Shown: piece by piece, positions 23,973 to 36,492 of the stretch | Layout of the letters: each line of letters opens with the position of its first letter | Position numbering within the stretch: position 1 is the first letter of the stretch | Source of the DNA: Octopus vulgaris | Lineage: Eukaryota | Reading direction: 5' to 3' | Assembly (NCBI GenBank): GCA_951406725.2 | Contig: OX597822.1 | Span: forward strand, 17,050,001 to 17,114,000 | DNA: 64,000 nucleotides | Program-made: the position numbers and the translations under genes | Notes under the pieces: generated by a model | Database searches by the model: none | What the model was told of the DNA's origin: nothing | Seen by the model: the letters and a program-made list of their open reading frames with translations, nothing else

Positions 23973-25229
23973 TTGGATCATTCCATAAATAATGCGGATT
24001 TTTCAATTCCACAAACTAAAAGTCGGAGGGGGAGGGGATAAACTACCTGCATCAACTTACTATAAAAGCAAGTAGTAATTTTACCTTATTCTTAGTGCAA
24101 GTTTTGAAGAGTGCAGCTCAATTTTAACAATTATTTTTTCAAAGCTACAATGGAAGTGACAAAGGAACATATTCAGCATATTTTTGTTTATGAGTTCAAT
24201 AAAGGCAACGACGCAATGGAATATTAATGCAGTATATGGGGATTGGACAATAAGCATAAGCCGGTGTCAGTGGTGGTTCCAGAAATTCTGAGCTGGAGAC
24301 TACAGCTAAGAAGACGAGCCTCATCCTGGAAGATCTGCAGAGCTTGATGAGGACATCCCACAAACCCTGGTGGAGAAAAATCTCATCATATCAGTTAAGG
24401 AACTAGCAGAGAAGCATGGATTTAGTCATTCAACCATTCATCAACACCTGTGTACCATCAGAAAAGTCAGCAAATTGGGTCAATGGGTTCCTCACAAACT
24501 TTTCAAGTTTAATTGTGTGCAGAGAGGGAATGTGTGCTCTTCTTTGCTCTCACATCTCATGAAGGAACCTTTTTTGGACCAAATAATGACTGTTGATGAG
24601 AAATTGGTTCTCTATAAAAATGTCAAGTGCCGAAGAGAGTGGGTAGGGAAAAGAGAAACACTGGCACCTCAGGCTAAAGGTCCTCATCCACGTAGTGTGT
24701 TATTATCTGTTTGGTGGGATATGAAAGGTTTAGTCCACTTTGACCTTTTAAACCCAAATCAAACGATAACAAAGATCTACTGTGAGTGACTTGAGTGGCT
24801 TAACTCAGCACTAGAGTAAAAAATTACCATCTTTGGTTTCAACACGAAAGGTGTTCTTCCATCAGGATAATGCTTAGCCACATATAGCGAGGATGACATT
24901 CCAAAGGCTGGAGCAGTTTGAATGAGAAACGATGTCCCACCCACCATATTTGCCAGACATTTCCCCGACTGATTATCTTTCATTGTGCAGTCTTCAAAAT
25001 CATTTGATCAGAAAAAATATGAATTCTGTAGACAAGGTCAGAATAGTACTGGAGGAGTATTTTTCATCACAGTTGAATTTTAGAAAAGGGGCCTTGCAAG
25101 TCTACCAGATAAATGGAAGAGCATTGTAGAAGATGAAGGAGAGTATATTTTAGATTTTTAAAGAATTTTATCTTAATTTTGAAAAATAAATGAAGTATAA
25201 AAAAAAAACATTATTGACGAGATGATAAA
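23973..25229 (+). mobile_element. mariner (DD34D) element, decayed transposase ~24149..25155
   Basis: MEVTKEHIQHIFVYEFNKG, WVPHKL, IMTVDEK, VLLSVWWDMKG, HQDNA*PH, HPPYLPDISPTDY. Left TIR TA|TTGGATCATTCCATAAATAATGCGG; right TIR degenerate. Confidence 0.9.
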
Positions 25230-25419
25230 CACCAGTTGACTCTTATCTTTGTGAATTTATGTGGAGAAAGATATGAGAAAGATAATTTATTCTATAAAAT
25301 CCAAGAGTGTATTACAAACTTTCATTCTTGAGTTTTTTAAAACTAATAAATGTCTGTTTTAAGCAATGTTTTGACTGCTATTTCTAGCAACTTTTGTTGG
25401 TTTGCTCGTATACTAAAGA

Positions 25420-26143
25420 ATAAATTTATTCAGTAAAATCGCCATTCCCTTCATCCATGGCCTCCAGATGACTTCTGAATTTCCTGCAACTCTTCTGAAT
25501 GGTTTCCTTAAGTTGGTGAATGCTGTCATAATCCTTGCCTTCAGTTCATCTTTGGAGTTTTATTGGTCTCTTGCTCAACTGCACCCCACACATAATAATC
25601 AAAGGGGTTGCAGTCCGGGGAGTTAGGTGGCCAGATGTTAGGGGTGATGTGGTTGCAGAAATTGTCTGACAGCCATGACTGGGTTCTCCTGCTTGTGTGC
25701 CATGGTGCAGAGTCCTGTTGCCAGACACAGGGTCTTCCAGCAGCCACCCTCTTGACCCAGGGGCAGCAATTCCTCCTCCAGGCACTTGATGTAGGCCTCC
25801 ATGTTGAGTCTGAGGCTATGTGGGAAGATGAATGGAGGTATAATATTGCCATCAGTAATGATCACTCCAAACACCATGATGTTTGATTTTTATCACTATC
25901 GGTACATCTGTCCTCAGATTGACACCGAAACACTCTGAAATGCTTGCATTGGAGCTTCTGGCATGAATACCAAGCACTACAGCATGTCATTTCTGGCAGA
26001 ATTAATTGTGCTATGGTGCTGTTTTTCTCACAGACGGTACCCAACTGACCCTACTATAATGTGTAGTTGATAAAATCAAAAGCAAACAATGTGCATGCTT
26101 GAAATTAAAAATATAAAATGCCAACAATTTACCCATCGCACCC
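25420..26143 (-). mobile_element. DD37D (maT-family) transposon, internally deleted
   Basis: MVFGVI..DG.I.PPFIFPH.LRLN.EAYIKCLEE and WQQDSAPWHTS...WPPNSPDCNPFDYYVW, with 37 residues between the 2nd and 3rd Asp; 5' end agggtgcgatgggtaaattg. Confidence 0.85.
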
Positions 26144-26189
26144 TCCCCATATATATACATTTATATGCAATTAAATATTGTCCTGTCAT

Positions 26190-26790
26190 AGAGTGACCAA
26201 TGATTTCACATCCATAAAGTGATTACCTCTATGGACAACTCATCGGACGCTAATGATGAAGGCCATATACCTCTTTCAAATTGTGGAGGTAGAATTCTGT
26301 TACAGTCAGTTAGTAAACTGGGTCGGCGAGGACGAGTTATGTCCCTTTGACCAGTTCAGTTGGTTAAAATGGCAAATTGGGAACTTCATCCTAAGGTTGC
26401 TTTTAGCCCATAAGAACTTTTCTGGATCTAATTAATGAATGGGGAGTCCCATACTTGCAGCAGACAGTGTTTGAAATAGATGCAGAGACTATAAATTTCA
26501 TGTTGGGAATTTAATAATCTTGGTTCCAGCGAGTTTTCAAGGATCCTTGCTCACTCAGCTTTGCAAATATTGCTGCGTCCTCTCCCATTGATATAGGATT
26601 CTGGCCACTCTGCGATCCTCCACTTGATATTGTATGGGGTTTTTTCATCTTTAAAGTGCCACATATGGCTTGCCAGGGACGTGACGAATTGTCTTTCAGG
26701 AATTCTGAAAGAGGACTTGTGGATGTACAGGTCCTCTTTCAGGGTTCCAGAAAGATGAAAGATGATCATGTCCCCGTTAAGCCATGTGTG
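26190..26790 (-). mobile_element. Naiad-type PLE relic: GIY-YIG C-terminus plus 3' pLTR hammerhead
   Basis: HKSSFR....TSLASHMWHFKDEKTPYNIKWRIAE..ESYINGRGRSNICKAE aligns to 18252..18689. Minus 26251..26190: AGCGU-CCGAUGA-..GUCCAUAGA...UUUAUGGAU..-GAAAU-CAUUG-GUC^ACUCU. Confidence 0.75.
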
Positions 26791-27231
26791 GTGCCTTAAT
26801 GATGAAGGGACCACTCCACTTAAATTCACCTCTTTGTACCTTGTGGGTATGCCCTAGCACATTACCATCATTTTCTCTCCCCCCCTCTCTCTCTCTTCAA
26901 CTGGAGTATTCATATATCTCTTCTACAACAAGACACTTGCTTCTATCCTTCTATCATAGTTTAACCTCTTATTACCTGCCACAAAGCGACCTCCCTCAGT
27001 ACCATTATTCCTCTCAGTTAAGGGTTTTTGTTTTGCAAGTTACTTGGTTCACCAGTGCTGATGCCATGTAAAAAGCACCCAGCCCACTCTGCAAAGGGGT
27101 TGGCGTAAGGAAAGGCATTCAACTGGAAGTCCTCATTGCCAAAACGGACGAGTATGGAAACATTTTTGAAGTGATTTGAAGTATTACTTTTCCATGTATA
27201 ATAAAAAACAATATTATTAAACCTGTATTTA

Positions 27232-27530
27232 GCAAATCGACCCCAGGTCTTATATTCTTTGTAAGCCTAGTACTTATTCTATCAGTCTCTTTTGCCGAAC
27301 CGCTAAGTTACGGGGACATAAACACATCAGCATCAGTTGTCAAGCGATGTTGGGGGGACAAACACAGACACACAAACATATACATACATACATACACATA
27401 TATATACAACGAGCTTCTTCCAGTTTTCGTCTACCAAATCCACTCGCAAGGCTTTGGTCGGCCCAAGGCTATAGTACCACAACCATGTGGTTGTAAGCAA
27501 GCTACTTACCACACAGCCACCCCTGTGCCT
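27232..27530 (-). mobile_element. SINE family A with internal deletion
   Basis: High identity to 50766..51149. Confidence 0.8.
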
Positions 27531-27829
27531 TGTACATTAAAAAAGTTTGTCCTGTGTTTGCTCCCCTTAAGCAGATTTCATTCCCGGGCCATTGACTGCA
27601 TGGTTTCAAAGTGAACCAATAAATCGCACAGCCGTGTCTGTCGGAAGCCTACCTCTTACTCTCACACCACTCATTCCAGTCAGTCAGGCATTAATAACAG
27701 CCGAGCATTGCTAGCAGCTGTTGGAGATGATTGATACCTTTCGCTTGTAATGTCTTCTGCATTTAGACATTACATTAAAGAAGAAAAAGGAAGAAAAAAA
27801 AAGAACAGGAAAGAAAAAATATATATAAA

Positions 27830-27970
27830 AAAAAATAGCAAACCAAGAAGTGTTTCTCCTTCTAAGACCTAATTGGAGCAAAATGAAGGTGTGGGAGATA
27901 TTAATAAATGTGATTGCCAGGAATGGACTGGCAAATGAATTCAAAGACACACATCTTGCTAATGTGGCAA

Positions 27971-28003
<33 letters not shown>

Positions 28004-28070
28004 AAAGAATAGCAAGCTTGCTACGCATGCAAGACTCCAGGAGTTCCAATAAAACCTGTGATAGAAATAA
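27830..28070 (+). mobile_element. R4/Dong-like 3' end, highly degenerate
   Basis: gactccaggagttccaataaaacctgtgatag matches the 3' ends at 38000-38030 and 5785-5815. Confidence 0.5.
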
Positions 28071-28136
28071 TGATGATGATGGTGACAACAACAACAACAA
28101 CATCAATAGCAAAATCAATATTAACAAGAAAGATAC

Positions 28137-28335
28137 TGTTTCCTATAGACACAAGGCCTGAAATCATCGGGGTGGGGATTGGCTGATTACATCTACCCCA
28201 GTACACGACTGGTACTTATTCTACCAGCACTGAAAAGATGAAAGGTAAAATCAACCTCAGCAGAATTTGAACTCAGAACGTAAAGATGAACAAAATGTCA
28301 ATAAACATTTTTCTCTGTCATGCTAACAATCCTCA
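28137..28335 (-). mobile_element. SINE family C
   Basis: ctatagacacaaggcctgaaat...gatgaaaggtaaaatcaacctcagcagaatttgaactcagaacg. Confidence 0.7.
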
Positions 28336-28384
28336 TGGCTTTTGCTGTCTTAATAGTAGATGACGACAACGACGATGTTGAAGA

Positions 28385-29040
28385 TAAGACAGACAGAGAA
28401 AAAAGATGGCTGTGGATGACTAAAAGGGATTTAAAACTAGAAACGGAGGCTCTAATCTGTGCTGCCCAAGAGCAAGCACTAAGAACAAACTACATGAAAT
28501 ACAGAATAGACAAAACTGCAGAAAGTGATAAGTGCAGAAAATGTGAGCAAAATGGTGAAACTGTATAGCATATAACCAGCCAATGTACGTCACTGGCCCA
28601 GAAGGAATATAAGAGACGTCACGACAATATAGCCAGGCTTGTCCATTGGACACTTTGCAACAAGTATGGACTTGACAGTGCGAAAAATTGGTATGACCAC
28701 AAACTTGAAGGCATCGTCGAAAATAGAAATGCAAAGATCCTATGGGATTTTATGATTCGGTGCGACCATGAGATAGAGAATAGGAAGCCAGACATAGTCT
28801 TAATTGAGAAAGAAAACAAACTATGCTGGATCATAGATATAGCATGCCCGGCTGACAACAAGGTATGTGATAAGGAAGAAAGAAAAGTCGACAGATATGA
28901 CAGGTTAGCTTGGGAGGTTAAGCAGTTGTAGTCAATGAAAAAGGTGGTAGTAATTGTCGAGCCCTGGGAACAGTGAGTAAAAATCTTGAGAAGTACATGA
29001 AACAAATAAGGGCTGCAGTAAGGGTAGAGCACTTGCAGAA
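28385..29040 (+). mobile_element. R4/Dong-clade retrotransposon fragment: CCHC knuckle + restriction-like endonuclease
   Basis: ETEALICAAQEQALRTNY..CRKC...ETV*HITSQC..YKRRHDNIA..ILWDF..RKPDIVLIEK..CWIIDIACPAD..KVDRYDRLAWEVKQL. Confidence 0.9.
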
Positions 29041-29107
29041 ATATATGTATGGATACACACACACATACACATATATATATATTTATCATCATCATCATCA
29101 TCATATA

Positions 29108-29142
<35 letters not shown>

Positions 29143-29145
<3 letters not shown>

Positions 29146-29260
29146 GAGTGTAGGCTCGAAACATAAAAGACTTTCTCACCTTTTCCAGCGTTGAACTAAT
29201 ACACCTATTTGTTGTTTGTACACCTGTCTTCATCTTTTGTTTTTCTACAAATTTCAACCA
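29143..29260 (+). mobile_element. Short PLE-pLTR-like repeat with minimal hammerhead remnant, within (TA)n
   Basis: gaagagtgtaggctcgaaacataaaagac; reverse complement of 19060..19170. Confidence 0.6.
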
Positions 29261-29320
29261 TATATATATATATATATATATACTCTCTCACACACACACG
29301 TGTGTACACACATACATACT

Positions 29321-29364
<44 letters not shown>

Positions 29365-29404
29365 TGTATGTATACATATGTAAATATATATATATATGTA
29401 TATA

Positions 29405-31507
29405 TACTTCAAACACAAAGCACATAGACCCCAAAATAATAAATCTATCTAAAAGAGAACTTAACGAAAATGAAATGAACCTACTACTAAAAGGCCTCAA
29501 ATTTACACCTACACCCACTCCAAATCTCATAGAACTAAAAACTGATATAGACAACTTCAGCCACCACCTCCGCTTTATGGAATTCTTTGAAAATAAAGAA
29601 ACAGAAGATAACTCAATCATAAGAAAAAAATCCCATTTCACCCCTTACAAGGGAAGTGACAAACACCTTGACACATACATAGAGACAATATCCAAATTCC
29701 CTCTCAACACACGCAAATGCAAACAGAATCTCTGCAGAGGAGAAAAACAAGCCCTACAAAAACTAAAAAATGACAAGTCGATCATTATAAAAGAAGCTGA
29801 CAAAGGTGGAGCAATAGTAATTATGGATACAGGTTACTACAGAGAAAAGATACTGGAGTTGCTTAACAACCAGACATACTATAAAGAGGAACCAACACCA
29901 ACGGAGAAAGCAACAATAAAAAAAAAGAACTTTAATCAATGAATACCAGGACTCCTTTACAGATAAGGAGAAAGACTATCTATGCAATTCAAGAACCAAA
30001 GATAGAACTTTTATGGATTACCTAAAATTCATAAAAGCTCTGAAATACAGAGAGCCATAAAGGAACAGAGGAACCACTATATAAGAATACAAAGGCCTGC
30101 AGACCTCACAATGAGACCAATAGTGGCAGGACCCCAGGCACCAACACAACAACTAAGCCACTTTATAGATGTTCTCCTCAAACCTTTATGACCACAGATA
30201 CCAAGCTACATAAGGGATGACATAAACTTCCTCACACACATTCCAAATACAGTTCCGAAAAACACCATACTTGCAAGCTTCGATGTCACAAACCTATACA
30301 CGAACATAACACACACCCTAGGTCTGGAAGCAATAAAACAATCGGTAAAAAAATACAGGGAACTCATAGACGAACATTTCAAGACAGACTTTATCACCCA
30401 AGCCACCCAATTAATACTCAAAGAAAATATACAATGAAATAGGGAAAGTCTTCGAACACAACATCAGAGAAGACATCAAGAAAAAGTGGAAACGCTACCT
30501 CGATGACTGCTTCATCTTTTGGAACAGAGCAGAAGAAAACCTACGAAGATTCCACAACATCCTCAACACGCTGCACCCATCTGTCAACTTCACAATAGAT
30601 ACCAGCCACAACGAACTTCCCATCCTAGACATCAACATCAAAATACACAACTCCATCATCACAACAGACATCCACTACAAAAAAACCGACACACACCAAT
30701 ATTTAAATTTCCACTCCTGCCACCCATCCCATATAGTATGGCAAGACGAATATGTAGCATAGTAACTGACTCACAAACACGACTAATAAGACTAGATGAA
30801 CTTAAAAACTTCCTACTAGAGCAAAAATACCCCCTTAAACTAATAGAAAATGGAATCACAAGAGCAATGAAACTAGACATCGCACAACTCAGGACACCCA
30901 AAACAAAAAACAAAGAAAACATTATCCCTTTCATAAATACGCACAACCCTGGAGTTACCAACGTGTTCTAAATCATACATTCAAACCTACCAATAGTCCT
31001 ACAAATCCCAAAATGGAAAACATACTAAACAAATATTGCATAAAAAACAGTAGATGACAAGACAAAAACCTGAAGAAACATCTAACGAGCGAAATTCTCA
31101 TCAGAAACTAAAACTGAATTCTTTGTAAAAGAGTGCAAAGATGGTAGATGTGGGATCTGCAGCAACCCCACCTATAAATACATAGAGGGAGACAAAGAAA
31201 TGAAATTTAATAGTGGTCACATATTTAAAGTAAATGCAGATATGAACTGCAAGACGCAGAACGTAATATACTGCGTAACCTGCCTCACGTGCAAGCAGGA
31301 TTACTTACGTGAAACTGGAAATTCTTTGTGCCAATGAGCCAGGATTCAACAACATGTTCGACAGGAAGAACTGTGCAAGATACCACTGAGTACACACCTA
31401 GCTACATGTGGAGAAGGAAAATTTAAGATCTTTCCCGTCTACAAATATCCAAAGAACGACACCTCTTTCAGGAGGAATATGGAAAAATATTTCATAACTA
31501 AGTTCTT
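29405..31507 (+). mobile_element. Penelope-like element, Neptune-type, RT + GIY-YIG pseudogene
   Basis: IINLSKREL..LLLKGLKFTPTP, IKEADKGGAIVIMD, FYGLPKIHKS, MRPIVAGP, LASFDVTNLYTNI, WKRYLDDCFIF, YKKTDTHQYLNFHSC, linker CKDGRCGIC, NCKTQNVIYCVTCLTCKQDYLRETG; frameshifts and an internal deletion. Confidence 0.9.
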
Positions 31508-33065
31508 CCCCAAATTGAATGGCTGAAAATAGCTCTATAATAAGCTGTACAAGATGAAGGACCAAATTTGCTAAGTAAACTGTATTAAACACACACACAG
31601 ACACACACAGACACACACACACATGCACACACGTGCACACACACACACACAGAGTTCTACACATATGTTTTGGTTTTTGAAAATACAACATTGAACAAAG
31701 GCTATCCTAATATTTGAATGAAACCATTTCACTTTAATTTGTTGAACCAGTTGCTCCTGTATGATAAAACTTAATATTTATTTAATCAGTGAGATATTAG
31801 ACTAAATCAATTGAAGATCAGACAACAGACTCAGTAGTTGTCAGTTTGTATTCTGTCATTTGTAACTTCAAAACAAGAGTCTCTTTTTCAAGTATGGATT
31901 TTATGAAATTTTACTCATCATACATTGAAGGACAAATCTTTCAATTTACAATTTAATATAGTGGAGCATTTAGTATATATATATATATGTGTGTGTGTAA
32001 ATATATATATATATATATATATTTTACCTATTATATACATTATATTATTTTTGTAATTTACTTAATCTTTACTTTTTAATTGTTATTTTAATTTTAACTT
32101 TTCTATGAGATGTAATTTTCTAGATGTAATTTAATCATTCATTTTGAATTGATAAAAGGTGTTTTTTTCTAATATTTTATATGTATGTATGTATATATAT
32201 ATATATATATATAGAGTGGTATAAACATTAACAATTATTTCTCCTTCCTCCTTTTTTTCCCCCTCTTCTCCTTTTTTACCTTCTCCAAACTCACAGACAC
32301 CCACACACACACACACAGACACACACACACACACCTCCACAAAACAATCATAAAAAGAATTCTTCTTCTCTAAACCCAAAAAACCATTTGACCATCTCTC
32401 ATTAAACACACACACAGACACACATACTCTCTCACAATGATTAAAAGAAATATAATTTATGGTCAACCTCCCCGCCACCACACACTCAATAACACTATGA
32501 AATGGTCAAAACTGATCTTAGACCCCCACCCACCCCTTGGAGTAAGCATGCTGTCCAGCAGAGCAAAAAAATTCTTTTCTTCTTCTTCTTCCCTCTTCCT
32601 TCCCCTCTTTTTCGTTAGCACTCATTCCAAATACAAAAACACACACTCACACACACATACGCATGCTCTCTCTCTCACTTTCTCCTCATCCATCACCCTC
32701 TTGTACTGTCTTATATTCATCCCCACCACTACAAACTCAATACCACTATAAAATGGTCAAACCATTTCACACAGGAACTTAGTTTGATTTGAAAACCCCA
32801 CTAGAATGGGAGAAAGCGCTAATACATGATCTAAGTTATATGATGTATAAAAACATGTAATATACAAATAAATATCTGTAAATATAAAACCATCCGATTT
32901 TCTGAGTACCTCATTTCTTCTAATATAAAATACCTGTACATCATCTCCAAACCTTCCAATATATATATATATAACTTCTTCACTGTTATCGTTCTGTTAA
33001 CGTTTTGGCGTTCAGACGTGTGTACTGGAATAGATGTGGTAACATTTGAAATATTGTCCAGGTAT

Positions 33066-33136
33066 ATGCAGCTGATGAAGACAAATCAAATCTACGTTGT
33101 CAAACGTATTTGAAGAGTCTTAAACCGGTCCTGCAT
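33066..33136 (+). ncRNA. Type I hammerhead motif with G12>U core change, in a ~350-bp block between (TA)n tracts
   Basis: AUGCAG-CUGAUGA-AGAC..UCAAAU..UACGUU...AACGUA.UUUGA..GUCU-UAAAC-CG-GUC^CUGCAU. Confidence 0.7.
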
Positions 33137-33319
33137 TATCCGATTCTAGGTTTTCCATTTTTCAGATGTTCTTCCAAGAGGTAAAACAAATTTTTTTCAT
33201 GTTTGTTGCACACACGTGTCTTTGTAGGTATATACGCAGTGAAGCTATACAATAGCGTCGTATTTATTATGATTGCTATTTTCCAGTAAATATCGGTGCC
33301 TTGTTGTACCATTTATTTA

Positions 33320-33361
<42 letters not shown>

Positions 33362-33593
33362 CATACATATATATATATTTAAAAGTTTTTTAAATGTTAA
33401 AATAAATATGTTCTCTAATAGGTAGCATTAACTGCAGTAAATAATTTACTGCAGATTTTGTTTCCGGATCTTTAGCGCGCCAGAACTCAGACATTTGAAA
33501 TTAACCCCAATGTAATCGGTGAAACTAAGCATGTGTTTGTTTTTATATGGAAAACTGATGGTTAGTTTTACAAATTATATTACCTGTGGAATG

Positions 33594-33672
33594 ATCGTAC
33601 TGACGAGCCTACGGACGATTACAATTACGTAAGTGATTCATTCGTTAATAGGTGAAACCTAGGTCTGCAATT
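33594..33672 (+). ncRNA. Type I hammerhead ribozyme, canonical core, in a ~410-bp block between (TA)n tracts
   Basis: AUCGUA-CUGACGA-GCCUA...UAGGU-GAAAC-CUAG-GUC^UGCAAU; palindromic stem III ACCUAGGU; stem I has one mismatch. Confidence 0.78.
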
Positions 33673-33787
33673 AATTCTTTTTATATAATTTTCATCTGTC
33701 TTGCCCGCATATTGTTCTGGTATCTGCTGAATTTTTCTCTAGAGAACATTCTTTTCTTTGTAGTTTGATCACAGGTGATCTACTTCT

Positions 33788-33812
<25 letters not shown>

Positions 33813-33823
<11 letters not shown>

Positions 33824-34009
33824 ATTCGAGACAAAACCACTATTTTAAAATCAAACAAGGAAAGACTTAATCAATACATAAAATTTTAATATAAATTAAA
33901 TAAACCGCCACTACAATTGTTTTTAATTTATATTAAAATTTTATGTATTGATTAAGTCTTTCCTTGTTTGATTTTAAAATAGTGGTTTTGTCTCGAATTA
34001 TATTATATA
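33813..34009. repeat. Perfect fold-back: ~88-bp inverted arms, 21-nt spacer
   Basis: 33813..33900 is the reverse complement of 33922..34009; flanked by (TA)n. Confidence 0.9.
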
Positions 34010-34086
34010 ATATTTTACTATAAAATTGGATTTAACCCTAAATCTGATTTTTCCCTGTAATTTTGGATTCATTCCCTAATATTTAT

Positions 34087-34118
<32 letters not shown>

Positions 34119-34124
34119 CATATA

Positions 34125-34185
<61 letters not shown>

Positions 34186-34199
34186 GTATATGTATATAT

Positions 34200-34845
34200 G
34201 ATGGCTGCCCCCTCATTATCAAGTATGGTCATTGCACGAAGCTCAACTGTTATTGGTGCTGTGATCGAATGTGACTTTTATTTGCTATTTAAGGCTACAG
34301 CCAGCCATTCAGTTGAGACTCACAGCACCATCAACAATCATGAACATTGTTATCGTGTAATGCCTGTGCAAGAAGATTTTTTTAAAGTGAGGAAAGGCTG
34401 TACATTGAATCAATCCCACTCACTAAGCAACAGCAGCCATAATCCGAAAAGAAGAACAAGTTGACAAAATCGTAACCACTGAGCCGCAGGTTTTATGTCG
34501 GAGTTATCCCAGTTACCTGAGTTACCTTCTCCTAGAAGGATGCCCTAACAAAGGCTAGGAGTCCTTCACTCCCAATGGTTTAACCATGCGATCGGGTATT
34601 CAGTCCCTGCGCATGATACAGCCTTAAGCCATAAGAAAATAAAAAAATTACACCTTAATTGATGGCCGTTGACTCTCAAGAGTTCCTCCGCCCTTTGATG
34701 GGTTTTGTTTTTCATCCCGCAGGGCGTCCAATAAACACCCTCCTCACCAAGCAAGCTTGGTGGTGTTGCCGGTTTAGTCGCCGACGGCCTAACCATGCAA
34801 CAGGTTGTACTGGGTTACATGTTACCAGTAGCACTCAAAAGTGAC
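34200..34845 (-). mobile_element. Probable RTE-related non-coding/5'-UTR segment inserted in (TA)n
   Basis: GC-richer block. Minus-strand tagcctttgttagggcatccttctaggagaaggtaactc...ataaaacc and gccgtcggcgactaaaccggc resemble RTE 5'-UTR motifs (recalled, not aligned). Confidence 0.45.
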
Positions 34846-34927
34846 ATACATATATATATATATACATATACATATATGTTGATATGTATATGTATATATT
34901 CATGTATACTTACACATGCTGAAGGGA

Positions 34928-34996
<69 letters not shown>

Positions 34997-35730
34997 ACAT
35001 ACATTCATAGGCATATACATATGCTACTCACAATTTTGGAGGGTAGAAGGACCTGTGACCACCTGGCCCAGCACCAGGAGAAAGCTAATTAGAAGACTGT
35101 AAATACAAACCATCAATGGAATTGTAAAATGGTTTAATTATTTCCGAAGATTTAACGTATTTAACATGTAATGAAGCATTGTAGAAAATTGTGCATCTGT
35201 GTGTGTGTGTATATAAAGGATTGTGTGTTTGAATAATGTCTTTAATTGTTGATATAAAATAGTTTTAAGAAGCCATAAAGTTGTCAATTAGCTGAGAGCC
35301 TACTTGTAAATGTTAACAGTAGCATCCGAGCAGTAAAAGATACTTTGCCAGTCTGTCTCAGTTGGTTATTGGTTGACCTAATTTAGATTATTTCTACTGG
35401 AACAACAGAAAAACAAAAAGAAACACGTATGCATGGACACACACACACACATAAATGTGAATCGTTGGTGAATTTTGTTTCCTGTCTTCCTTTCCTATTG
35501 GACTTTCTCTGTTTCTGAAGAAGAGCTTTGATTGAAACGCTAAGCCACCTTTCTTTCCTTCCCTAAGGGTCTACTAATATTTTGCATTGTACCACATACT
35601 CATATTGTTGTTTTTTGTATTTGTTCTTCGTTTTTTTTTTACTTACTACATACATATTGTTAGGGAATTATAAATTATTATGTGAAGTTAACAGGAAAAC
35701 AGTTTTCATGCCGCACTGTAAGGGTGAAGT

Positions 35731-35812
35731 CCAAGGTGCCACACAGTGGGACTGAACCCGGAACCATGTGGTTAGTAAGCAAGCTACTTACCACACAGCC
35801 ACACCTGCACCT
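35731..35812 (-). mobile_element. SINE family A tRNA-like head only
   Basis: Minus: aggtgcaggtgtggctgtgtggtaagtagcttgc...gggttcagtcccactg. Confidence 0.8.
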
Positions 35813-35827
35813 ATAAAAGTGTGAGAC

Positions 35828-35945
35828 GCTTACAGCACCTAGGTTTCCCAAGCAGTCACCCATCTAAGTACTCACTAGGCTCAGCGTTGTTAAACTTTGT
35901 TGATCGGATGAGAACCGTTGCTGTCAATGTGATATGGCCGTAAGC
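35828..35945 (-). pseudogene. Full-length 5S rRNA-like copy (orphan gene or pseudogene)
   Basis: Minus, 118 nt: GCTTACGGCCATATCAC...GGTTCTCATCCGATC...GAGCCTAGTGAGTACTTAGATGGGTGACTGCTTGGGAAACCTAGGTGCTGTAAGC. Helix I ends pair, CCTAG/CTAGG pair, TTTT lies 9 nt downstream; A and C boxes diverged. Confidence 0.88.
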
Positions 35946-36031
35946 ACTTTATTCTTAAAGATTCCTGCCATTCAATTTTTCAAAGATTTTTCTTTGAATG
36001 ATTCATAACTTTTAGAAAATATTTCTTTATA

Positions 36032-36259
36032 CAGGGTGCGGCAGAAAGGTTCCCTCGATTTCAAAGGTTAATAAAAAACAAACACATGAAGATACAAGAA
36101 AAAACGATGCTCTCTACTCCAAGCCATGGTGGGCACCCTTTGAAAACCAAAACAAAATGGCATTTAATGAACTTCATAGAAATACAAGGGCTTTTCATGC
36201 ATCTTCATGTGTTTTTTTATTAACCTTTGAAACTGGGGCAACCTTTCTGCTGCACCCTG
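36032..36259. mobile_element. Tc1/mariner-type MITE, TA TSD
   Basis: TA|CAGGGTGCGGCAGAAAGGTT...TTTCAAAGGTTAATAAAAAAC / GTTTTTTATTAACCTTTGAAA...AACCTTTCTGCTGCACCCTG|TA. Confidence 0.85.
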
Positions 36260-36492
36260 TATATAAATCTATTTTTTTCCTCTCTCCATCCGTTCTCTCT
36301 CCTTATTTCTTTCTGTAGAAGAGCATCAGCTTGAAACGTCAAAGATTCTTCCACTTTTCATGAGTGTGAAACTTGTTTGAATTTTTTGTTTTCCATTCGA
36401 TTCTGAACCATCTGTATGTGCATACGTGTGAGTATAAATAACTGAAATGAGTGAAAGAATAAAAGACTATTATATATATGTGTGTATATATA

